DNA of 62,305 nucleotides, filler included, from Stramenopiles sp. TOSAG23-2 (Eukaryota): NCBI GenBank assembly GCA_900128395.1. It is 4 parts of 4 records of this genome, joined end to end, with 100 filler letters (N's around TTAATTAATTAA, not from the genome) between each part and the next. Parts side by side here need not be neighbours in the genome. Positions count along the whole stretch, not along the records: positions 15,683 to 31,168 come from LT649705.1; 3 more parts are not named here. One strand, 5' to 3'. Shown piece by piece: positions 19,987 to 28,450 of this stretch (position 1 is its first letter; each line of letters starts with the position of its first letter). The notes under the pieces were generated by a model. It saw only the letters and a program-made list of their open reading frames with translations, ran no database searches and was not told where the DNA came from. The position numbers and the translations under genes were made by a program.

Positions 19987-22900
19987 ATGTCGAATAATAC
20001 TAGTATACGACAACATGTCTTAGATGAATTGCAATATACACCGAAATCTATCTTGGAAGAACAAGAAGGTGCATTGAGAAAAATATTTAATAAACTAGCA
20101 AATAAAAATGGTGTATTAGATAAAGGTGCGTTTCTTGGTTTTTGTAGACGTTGTCAAATCTCACCACAATTAATATCAAGAGCAGAAATCATGGAAATTT
20201 ATAAAGCTACACACTATGATGAAATGCAAAAAATACGACGTGCGAATTCTTCTATTGGCTTAGGAAATTCAACAACAAGTGATAATTTTCTTTTAAACTC
20301 AAGAACTACTACTAGTTTCATTAAAAGCAAAAATAATAATAACCAAAACGGTGAACTAAGTAGATTAGAAACAAAAGTATTTAATTACGATACCAATACA
20401 AAAGTAGGTGCTAGAGGAGATTGCTTAACCTTTTATGGATGGGTAGAAACGTTAAGACGTTCTGCAGGTATATTATTTTCTGGTGGTGAATGGGAAGAAA
20501 CATATCCAACAGAAACAGATAAAATTCGATTATTATTATTTTGGATAGAACAAGGTGAATCAACAAGTGAAGAAGATGCCCGAGTAGCGGCAAATAGGCG
20601 GATACCAAAAACATTAACCCTAAATCATAATAAAAGACGATCAAGTTTATTTCAAGGCAATAATAAATTTCTTGTACGTAAAACAAGTGGTGTAGAGCCA
20701 CGTGATGCTCTGGAACGTGCAGAAGCTGCTACACAAGCTTTTGGCGTACACGACGTTCGCTTCTCAGTAGCGGCATTTGATGTTGGAGGAATACCAACAC
20801 GATTTCCACAGTTATTACCTCATGTAGAGAGTTTAGATGTAGAATTAAAAAGGCTTTTTATTTGGTATGCTGGTGCACCTGCTGAATATCCTGCTGGGAC
20901 AGAAGGGGACGATTTAGAAATGAGTGCAGCAAGATTTTATAAATTTGTTAGAGAATGTCGAATTTTAAGCTCTAGAATTACGCGCGGGATTATTGATGTT
21001 GTGTTTAAGAAAGTAACTTCAGCAATGCATAAAACAATTAAACAACATCATCACAATCAACCAGTAAATAATGGTTGGAAATCAAATTCATTTACAAAAG
21101 CAGCTTGTAATCAACGTAAATCAATGGTTAATCGGCGAATGAATTATGAAGATTTTTACATAGCATTAGCTGATTTAGCTACACGTAAATATGCACCAGC
21201 CACATTATCGCCAAACATAAGTAACAATAAAGGTAATATGGTTGGTGCAGCATTTCATAAATTATTATTACATGATGTCCTGCCAATGTTTGCTCGTTTT
21301 TGGGAAAAAACAAGCGATACTGGTACTGCTATTACAGTTGGATCTCAACAACATCAACAATTACTGCAGCAAGTTTCACAATATGCAGGTGGTAGCCCAG
21401 AAAAACGACAAGGTTCATGGAGAAGGCGGTGGGTAGAGGTGCACCAACTTGAAGATGAACTTCGTCGGAGTGATGTCGTTAAAGCATTTCATTTACGAAA
21501 CGATGAAATTATGCAATTATTGAAAGCACCATCCATTAAATCATTTAATCATAGAATAAAACAAAAGAAAACAATGAAAAATCGTAGCGTTAAGGCAACA
21601 AATATGAAAAACAAAAATATCATGACCAACAATAGAGAAGGCAGAGCGCTTTCCACGACGCGATATGAGGAAGTCAAAATTGACAATAATGAAGAGTTAG
21701 ATTCATCTTTAGCAACGACACATCGCCTTATCTCTCGTAAATTATCAGCAACATCACTTGCTGGTGTATATCTTACGCAAGATAATGTCAAAATACTACC
21801 ACCACCACCACCACCAGCAGCAGCACCATCATTTTCAACAGCAATAAATGCCAATACTTTACCATTACCTCCACCATCGTCATCTTCTTCTTCTCCATTT
21901 AGAAGTACGGCAAATTTGCAACAAATGCAATCCTTAAACAATTCCTCCTCAAATATTTTAATGCAATCTGTAGCATCGACGATAGCAATAGAATCAGAGA
22001 AAGATCGTGAGTTGCAAAATATACTTAGTGTAGTAAAGTCGAAAATTGAATCATTGCAACAGACCGTGGGAAATACCGATGTCAAGGATAATGATATTGC
22101 AACAGATGATAGAGGGAGAGCCGATAGTGCTTTAACGGATGACAGTACTGCAGATTTTGAGGATGCAAAACCAATGGCAATTACGTCGGCAGAAATGGAT
22201 ACTGTCATACGCACAATTATTGAATCTGGAATGCCAGTAAGTGATAAAAACGATAATAATAATATTGATACAAGAATCACAAACAACGATAAGATTGAAG
22301 AAAAAGAAGATAAAAGTTATGTTGCAAGTCCTACGAAATCAAGAACAAATAAAGGTAATAAAAAGAAAAAGAAAATGACAACCCCAATGAGAATCGGGGA
22401 TTTATCAACAGATTCTCCAGATGTTTTAATGAGGAGCAAAAGCCCATCTTCACGAAGATCACCTAAATCGCGAAGTGCACGACGGGTTAATAAAAGAATG
22501 TCAAAAAAAGCAAATGGGGATGTTGTATTGTATGAAACTCAGCTATTGAATTCTAAATTAATCATATTACAAGGTAAAAATTATGCAAGAGATGGTTATA
22601 CATTGCCGCGTAGAGAAAAAAGAGTTGAATATACAGGAACGCTAGACATACGATTGCAGTGTAAATGGAAAGCAACAAATTTAGAATCGTATCGTATTAT
22701 TATAACTAGTGAAGATGATTCGTTATTTCATTTTAGGCATTATACAAATAGAGAAATGTTTGAGGGCATACGACAACGTCATGGATTTCAAGTTGAATTT
22801 AATAAATATCCTGAAGTGCTCGCCAATGTTTTCGATGAAGCATCTAATACATTAAATGATGAGATTGACATTAGGTTTGCCGCTCGTCGTGATGGAACTG

Positions 22901-23199
22901 CCGCATTTACTATTTCGAAAAATTTATACAATGGTGCAAAAACTATTAATATTTTAAGTTTGAATTTCACTCAATCAAGTGATAGACAACGTGATCAAGA
23001 TAGGGAGCGTCATCAACAACAAAAAAGTAGACAAAAGACGAACAAAAGTAAAGTCACATTTTCTCCAACTGCATTGGACAAAACTGTAGTAAACGATAAT
23101 GGTTATAATGGAGGTAGTAATACACAGTTAGGAAAAACAAAGAAAAGTATGAAAAGGAGAAGATCAACGGGTAAAATGGCGGGTGGAGCAGTTGTTTGA
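19987..23199 (+). CDS. Multidomain cytoskeletal protein: p25alpha/TPPP-like domains plus a C-terminal SAS-6 head-like domain (1070 aa)
   Basis: p25alpha-like: MSAARFYKFVRECRIL..RITRGIIDVVFKKV...MNYEDFYIALADLATRKY. SAS-6 N-terminal-like: YRIIITSEDDSLFHF.H....MFEGIRQRHGFQVEFNKYP.VL...ILSLNF..SSD. The ORF itself is secure; the domain calls are by eye. Confidence 0.75.
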   Translation: MSNNTSIRQHVLDELQYTPKSILEEQEGALRKIFNKLANKNGVLDKGAFLGFCRRCQISPQLISRAEIMEIYKATHYDEMQKIRRANSSIGLGNSTTSDNFLLNSRTTTSFIKSKNNNNQNGELSRLETKVFNYDTNTKVGARGDCLTFYGWVETLRRSAGILFSGGEWEETYPTETDKIRLLLFWIEQGESTSEEDARVAANRRIPKTLTLNHNKRRSSLFQGNNKFLVRKTSGVEPRDALERAEAATQAFGVHDVRFSVAAFDVGGIPTRFPQLLPHVESLDVELKRLFIWYAGAPAEYPAGTEGDDLEMSAARFYKFVRECRILSSRITRGIIDVVFKKVTSAMHKTIKQHHHNQPVNNGWKSNSFTKAACNQRKSMVNRRMNYEDFYIALADLATRKYAPATLSPNISNNKGNMVGAAFHKLLLHDVLPMFARFWEKTSDTGTAITVGSQQHQQLLQQVSQYAGGSPEKRQGSWRRRWVEVHQLEDELRRSDVVKAFHLRNDEIMQLLKAPSIKSFNHRIKQKKTMKNRSVKATNMKNKNIMTNNREGRALSTTRYEEVKIDNNEELDSSLATTHRLISRKLSATSLAGVYLTQDNVKILPPPPPPAAAPSFSTAINANTLPLPPPSSSSSSPFRSTANLQQMQSLNNSSSNILMQSVASTIAIESEKDRELQNILSVVKSKIESLQQTVGNTDVKDNDIATDDRGRADSALTDDSTADFEDAKPMAITSAEMDTVIRTIIESGMPVSDKNDNNNIDTRITNNDKIEEKEDKSYVASPTKSRTNKGNKKKKKMTTPMRIGDLSTDSPDVLMRSKSPSSRRSPKSRSARRVNKRMSKKANGDVVLYETQLLNSKLIILQGKNYARDGYTLPRREKRVEYTGTLDIRLQCKWKATNLESYRIIITSEDDSLFHFRHYTNREMFEGIRQRHGFQVEFNKYPEVLANVFDEASNTLNDEIDIRFAARRDGTAAFTISKNLYNGAKTINILSLNFTQSSDRQRDQDRERHQQQKSRQKTNKSKVTFSPTALDKTVVNDNGYNGGSNTQLGKTKKSMKRRRSTGKMAGGAVV

Positions 23200-23453
23200 G
23201 AGGGTTTGTGATTTTTAAAATTAAAGAGTTTGTGTATCATGCTGGCATGAAATTAATTTGTGTTCAATAAAAATGTTTTAAATACGAGTAATTAAAATAA
23301 GATTTAAAATATAAATATTGTAAAATATATATAATATTTTTTTTTATAATGATACTGGTGTATGATACGAATTTTAAAATAATACTCGTGCGTGTAATGA
23401 AGATGATATCGCACCCATCCTCCTCCTACACTATCTCTCAACTCTGTATATTT

Positions 23454-25079
23454 TTAAGCATCATCCAGTTTTAAACTATATGCTAAGCCATTTGAAGAAA
23501 TTGCGTCACCTAATCCCACTGTCACCTTTGGTATATGGCAAATTAAAACTGGTGCAAAGAAAAAACGATATTGTCCTTCAGCCCACATAGCAACAGGGTT
23601 ATCTAAACTTAAATTAATGTTTGAACCATCAGCGATAGTAAATGATAGTGGGGCAATGAATTCAATATCATTTTGTTTGACACGATTGTTATATACACCA
23701 TCATTTGGAAAACCACATGCCTTTAACGTCGCAGTAATACTACCTTGTGCAACGGCTGAGGCTAGCATGGGAGACCAAGATTGCTTCTTACTATTCAATC
23801 GAGAAACGATTATATGATAACCTAATGAATGAAAATGCCCTCTAGTTAAGCGACGGTTGCCGAAACTTGGGGTGGTATGTAAGTCAATATAATCCATGAC
23901 ATAAGCTAATGCCGAGGCTACGGCACGAGGTTCTGGAATTTTCCCAGTTAATTCATCACGAGTAAATACCTTTAATGGCTCCTTACTGACAACTTTTCCA
24001 TCAACTAAAGTGGCGTATCTTCCACCTAATACCTCGTATAACATTGCTAATTCCTCCTCATTTAGTCCAAAGGAATCACTGGTGGATAACAATTCCTCTG
24101 CCATTTGTTTCAAAAACTTTGTATCGGCCATGCTTGCTAATTCCAAATGAATTGGTGTTCGAGGGTGTAACATTTTCAACATTTCCTTTATTTTTAAAAC
24201 ACGTTTCATGCGATTTTCTTTTTTCAAGCCTTCTAATTGATTCAATCCAGATGCAATAAATGCATCATAGTAATTATTTTTTGCTTGTTCTTTGACTATA
24301 TAGTCCATCATAGGTTCAAATGATTTTAAATTGGCATTATATTCATCACTTACTACAATAAATCTGTTCGCTCTTGGTGCTACTATACCATTCCACGTTG
24401 CCCCTTTTGGATATTCTAAAATAAGATGAATCGGATCTTCTCCTACACCACGCTCAGCAACCGTCTTAATATTAGATTGCAACAGTATATCTAACTGTTT
24501 TCCAACAATTCCACCTAATAAAACATCACATTTACAGGATAACGAAGCTAAATTTGTTGCCATTAACGCTGCGTTCCCACCAGTCCTATACAATACTTCG
24601 CCTTCAGTGCTTTCTGCACTGGATACAATTTGTTTGAATAAATCTGGAGAGTCCACAAAGCGCTCCGCTGCCGCACCTTTTTCAAACCAATACGCAAAGC
24701 TGTCTACAAAATCGCTCAATGAAGATATTGATTTAACATCACGTGGTTTTGGGGTTAACTTTTGTACAACTCCTAGTCCTTGAACAATCATATCGACATT
24801 AGCATTGAAACCTACCGCAATCTTTTTACCCTTTGGCACTGGATATTTTCGAGCAACATCATGCAGTTTTTTTAAATAATCCAAATTATATTTCATACCA
24901 CAATATTCCTCTGTTACATCACATGTTGTGCCTTCATCATCAATGATTACTATATTACCATCGGCATGTACTTCAGCTAAATTTTCATATAATTCTTCCT
25001 CCTTTGCATATGTACTTATTAATGTGGATATTATAAATAGCATCAACATGAATAATATATTGTTATTTTTTACCATCAT
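23454..25079 (-). CDS. ADPGK: ADP-dependent glucokinase with N-terminal signal peptide (541 aa)
   Basis: Motifs GFNANVD, GGNAALMA, HLILEYP, PRANRFI, HLELAS, DSFGLNEEEL and TVGLGDAISS; hydrophobic N-terminus. Confidence 0.93.
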   Translation of the reverse strand: MMVKNNNILFMLMLFIISTLISTYAKEEELYENLAEVHADGNIVIIDDEGTTCDVTEEYCGMKYNLDYLKKLHDVARKYPVPKGKKIAVGFNANVDMIVQGLGVVQKLTPKPRDVKSISSLSDFVDSFAYWFEKGAAAERFVDSPDLFKQIVSSAESTEGEVLYRTGGNAALMATNLASLSCKCDVLLGGIVGKQLDILLQSNIKTVAERGVGEDPIHLILEYPKGATWNGIVAPRANRFIVVSDEYNANLKSFEPMMDYIVKEQAKNNYYDAFIASGLNQLEGLKKENRMKRVLKIKEMLKMLHPRTPIHLELASMADTKFLKQMAEELLSTSDSFGLNEEELAMLYEVLGGRYATLVDGKVVSKEPLKVFTRDELTGKIPEPRAVASALAYVMDYIDLHTTPSFGNRRLTRGHFHSLGYHIIVSRLNSKKQSWSPMLASAVAQGSITATLKACGFPNDGVYNNRVKQNDIEFIAPLSFTIADGSNINLSLDNPVAMWAEGQYRFFFAPVLICHIPKVTVGLGDAISSNGLAYSLKLDDA

Positions 25080-25713
25080 TTTTTTGATTTTATTATTATT
25101 GTTGTTGTTTCTTACCGTTCAAAAATACAATTTTAATAAAATAATATGTATATCAATATTTAAAAATCAGACCTTTTTTTGGCTATAAATTGTTGTTGTT
25201 ATAATTATTACTATATATATATTTAGTTTCCTCTTCTATGTTTATTATTTGCTATTGTATCTGTACTAAATATATTTCATTCAACATTATTATTCTAGAA
25301 TTCTATGAATTATTAATAATTTGTTTTGTATTTTAATATTTTTTAGCCGGCGTATAGCGTTTTGCTATAATAATTGAAATAATACCAGGAGGTATTGCTA
25401 TTATACCAGGTATTATACTTACTTACGATTTATACCTGGTAGCATTAGTAGAGAATTAGAGAGGGATCGAGGGATCCTACACGAAAAAAGGACGTATTGA
25501 CTATATATTTATTCTAATTTATTGACTATTATTTTCTATAAATAAAACTTTTAGAGTGTGTGTGTGTATATTATAGAGTTATATTTTCTTACTAATATAT
25601 ATATATATTCAATATAGGATTAGCTAGATAGTGCAATACTTTTTTTGAGCAAAAAAATACACACCATGGTAATATTTTTAATAAAATATATTTTGTTATA
25701 TAAAAATATATGT

Positions 25714-26769
25714 TCATGTCGACCGTTCAATATAAACACCATCGTCATTCAGGTAACTTCCTTTACTTGGATTGCCAGCCCATAAAGGACCTTGCATTCC
25801 TTTATGTCCATATTTTAATAAATCGTATAAAATTTGCAATCTGCTATATCTTGGTTTCCATCCATTTAAAATTTTTGTTGTTTTCCGTAACTCATAAAGC
25901 TTAGGTGTGTGCGTTAATTCTAATTGATATTTTCGTGTTACATCAAATAATTCTTGACCATATGTATTGATAAAAAATTCATCTTGTGTTCTATTATCTA
26001 TTGCTTCTTGCCATTCTTTAAAAAAGTTCAATGTTTCTGATATATTTCGATGATTACTATCATACAAACTGCTGCCATACAAAATCAGTGGAGGCTCCGT
26101 TTGAATCAATTTTCGATTTTTACCATGGTTTTTTCGAATATCCTGTGCAAAATATTTTATACATTCAATACAAAGGTTTGCAGCATCATCAATATGAATA
26201 CCTTCATCGTTCCAAAACTTCTGCCCCCATTTGTAAAAATTACCTTGGAATTGTGTGGTATCAAAATGAGGAATATAATAAGACATACGTAGGATAATAA
26301 TTTTTACATTGTAGATGGATGCATAGTGTTGTAGCATATTTTCGCATGTAGACGCAGACCAACCTGAAACGCTTGATGTGGTATTTGTAGCTGTATTTGA
26401 TATGTACAAGAGGTATCTGACACGAGTCTTTGGTAATGTTTCCATAAGGCTGAACGTACCTCGTATATTCAAATCGAAAAAATCTTTGCGTTTCTTCGCA
26501 CCAATTTCAAAATAATATTGTTGCCATCCAGCCATATGTATTAAAATAGATGCATTAGAATCCTCGGCAACTGTGCGAAGTGATTCCATATCACCAATTG
26601 AACCTTGTACATATACACCTCCAGCAGAATCCAACGGTGGTTTTCTATCGAATCGTGTGCATACACAGGACAATTTTTCATCTTTACGTATATTAGCAAT
26701 GATTTGTGCAGCTAATAACGATTTACCACCAGTCATCAATACACTATGCTGCTCTTTCTCATTCGCCAT
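25714..26769 (-). CDS. Extended SDR / NAD-dependent epimerase-dehydratase-like protein with degenerate catalytic motifs (351 aa)
   Basis: Motifs VLMTGG, GSIGD, LIHMAG, NIRGT, IILR, IHIDDAA and LNGWKP follow the epimerase fold order. Confidence 0.8.
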   Translation of the reverse strand: MANEKEQHSVLMTGGKSLLAAQIIANIRKDEKLSCVCTRFDRKPPLDSAGGVYVQGSIGDMESLRTVAEDSNASILIHMAGWQQYYFEIGAKKRKDFFDLNIRGTFSLMETLPKTRVRYLLYISNTATNTTSSVSGWSASTCENMLQHYASIYNVKIIILRMSYYIPHFDTTQFQGNFYKWGQKFWNDEGIHIDDAANLCIECIKYFAQDIRKNHGKNRKLIQTEPPLILYGSSLYDSNHRNISETLNFFKEWQEAIDNRTQDEFFINTYGQELFDVTRKYQLELTHTPKLYELRKTTKILNGWKPRYSRLQILYDLLKYGHKGMQGPLWAGNPSKGSYLNDDGVYIERST

Positions 26770-26964
26770 GGAGATTTTACTATGTGGATGATACGTTTAT
26801 TTTTACAAGGGGCTAACTGTATTTATCTAAGAGATGAGATATACGTGTTGATAAAGAAAGTCAGCTATAAGAGTGTGGTGTGTGTATAAAAAATAAAAGT
26901 CTGTCGTCGTATATTATATTTATTTTTATTTATTGAAATGCACAAATAGAGAAGAGGCAATTAT

Positions 26965-26996
26965 GTCGTCAGACTCTTTCGAAAGAGTCTGACGAC
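26965..26996. promoter_or_regulatory. 32-bp perfect palindrome in a divergent intergenic region
   Basis: GTCGTCAGACTCTTTC|GAAAGAGTCTGACGAC lies between start codons at 26769 (-) and 27290 (+). The palindrome is certain; a regulatory role is inference. Confidence 0.55.
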
Positions 26997-27289
26997 GCAG
27001 ACTAGAGAAGAGGATTCTAATATATTATTACAGTACCACATACCCTGCTGGGCCTGCTACCTGGTGCTTTTTAGTGAATAGAATACCTGGTATTTACATG
27101 TTAAATAATCTGTGCACAGCAGCATCAACCAAATATACCACCAAATACCCACAGGTATACCGCATAATAATATTCTACTTTATGTGGATATATTTAAAAT
27201 ATATACCTCTTTCTCGTTCATTTTTCTCTTTGTTAGTCGTCACCTTCTTGTTGCTATTTCTATTACGTGAAAAAACCGCAAACATAACT

Positions 27290-28081
27290 ATGGATAAAAT
27301 ACTAAAGTATGAAATGGCAAAACCGTTGGATGGTTCTGATATAACAGATGCTAATCAAGCTATAAAGGAGGTAATTAATTTACGAAGATTATTGACTGAA
27401 TTTAGTAACATTAAGATTGGAAAGTCTTGCAAGCATCAGGATTCCATAATATATACAGCGGTAGTAATTGGAAACATTGTATTGCCAGGCGGAGCAGGCG
27501 GATTAGAAATCGTTGAAACTATTTTGTGGTATTTAGATGATGTTTCCTTGGTTAAGTTTTTCAACACTTCAGCTATCAAACAATTGTCTATTGCTTACAA
27601 TTCGGAAAGGTTGGTAAATATATGTAACGTAACAACAAAATTATATACTATTTGTTACCCAGCTGCAGTCCAATACGAGAAAGCAATGCTAAATGTGAAA
27701 CAAATAAACAAAAAAGATTTCAACGTACGTGTATTTTGTAAACGTCCTCCAACATTAGTATATGAAGTATTTACGGCTGTTCATATTTTATTTAAAGGAA
27801 AAGACGAAGGTTGGTCTGGTTGTAAAAAAATGATTGGTTCTAAAGACTTTTTAAAACGCATTTTTGACTATGATCGTACACAAAAAATACCAAAGAAAAG
27901 ATTACAAAAATTGAGAAAATATCTTGATTATTTTACAAAAGAAGATGTACAAAGTGTGAGCTTAAATGCAGCCACAATATATGAATGGTTTGAAGCAATT
28001 ATTTTTTGGCAGGATGTTGAAGAAATCTTGAATGAAGAATATTTAACTTTGCGAAGCAGAAACCATTCAAAAATTCTTTGA
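27290..28081 (+). CDS. 263-aa protein with an F-box-like segment and a dynein stalk microtubule-binding-domain-like C-terminus
   Basis: F-box-like: LP....LEIVETILWYLDDVSLVKF. Dynein MTBD pattern: INKKDF...KRPPTLVYEVFTAVHILF...WSGCKKMI...FLKRIFDYD...FTKEDVQSVSLNAATIYEW. The ORF-track extension to 27074 reads like non-coding sequence, so the ATG at 27290 is preferred. Confidence 0.72.
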   Translation: MDKILKYEMAKPLDGSDITDANQAIKEVINLRRLLTEFSNIKIGKSCKHQDSIIYTAVVIGNIVLPGGAGGLEIVETILWYLDDVSLVKFFNTSAIKQLSIAYNSERLVNICNVTTKLYTICYPAAVQYEKAMLNVKQINKKDFNVRVFCKRPPTLVYEVFTAVHILFKGKDEGWSGCKKMIGSKDFLKRIFDYDRTQKIPKKRLQKLRKYLDYFTKEDVQSVSLNAATIYEWFEAIIFWQDVEEILNEEYLTLRSRNHSKIL

Positions 28082-28138
28082 ATTTTTGACAGAGAAATTA
28101 TTATTATTGCTACGATATCATACTGACATATTTACTTT

Positions 28139-28317
28139 ATCAGCTATTATGAGTAGTTGATACCATCTATTTACCTTCATTGGTGTTCTCGATTGTGAGA
28201 ATATCAACACACTAGTGTGAGATAAGATTATTTCAGTTATTTTATTCTTTTGAAGAGTACGTAGGAATTATCATGAGTAAATTAAAAATAAATTATGCGT
28301 AAAATTTACGAGTATAT
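28139..28317 (-). repeat. Dispersed intergenic repeat, module A (second full copy)
   Basis: The reverse complement aligns over its whole length with 14754-14942. Confidence 0.9.
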
Positions 28318-28450
28318 ATTTTTACTTTAACACACAACACAATAAATTTTAAAATTGTTTTATACATTTTTTATAATTTTATAGATCCAGATTAAAACAC
28401 AAACTCAATCATCGTCAACATCTTCTTCTTCTTCTTCTTCTTCTTCTCTT

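Noticed and set aside
21549-22286. 245-aa antisense ORF, and similar shadow ORFs (8866-9378, 37990-38475, 40591-41127, 43466-43972)
   Set aside because: They lie opposite well-supported genes, have no motifs, and are expected antisense shadows.
27074-27289. N-terminal extensions from non-ATG starts in the ORF track (also 7580-7633, 57385-57495)
   Set aside because: These are GTG/TTG starts in a eukaryote that read through low-complexity or promoter-like sequence. A downstream ATG was preferred.
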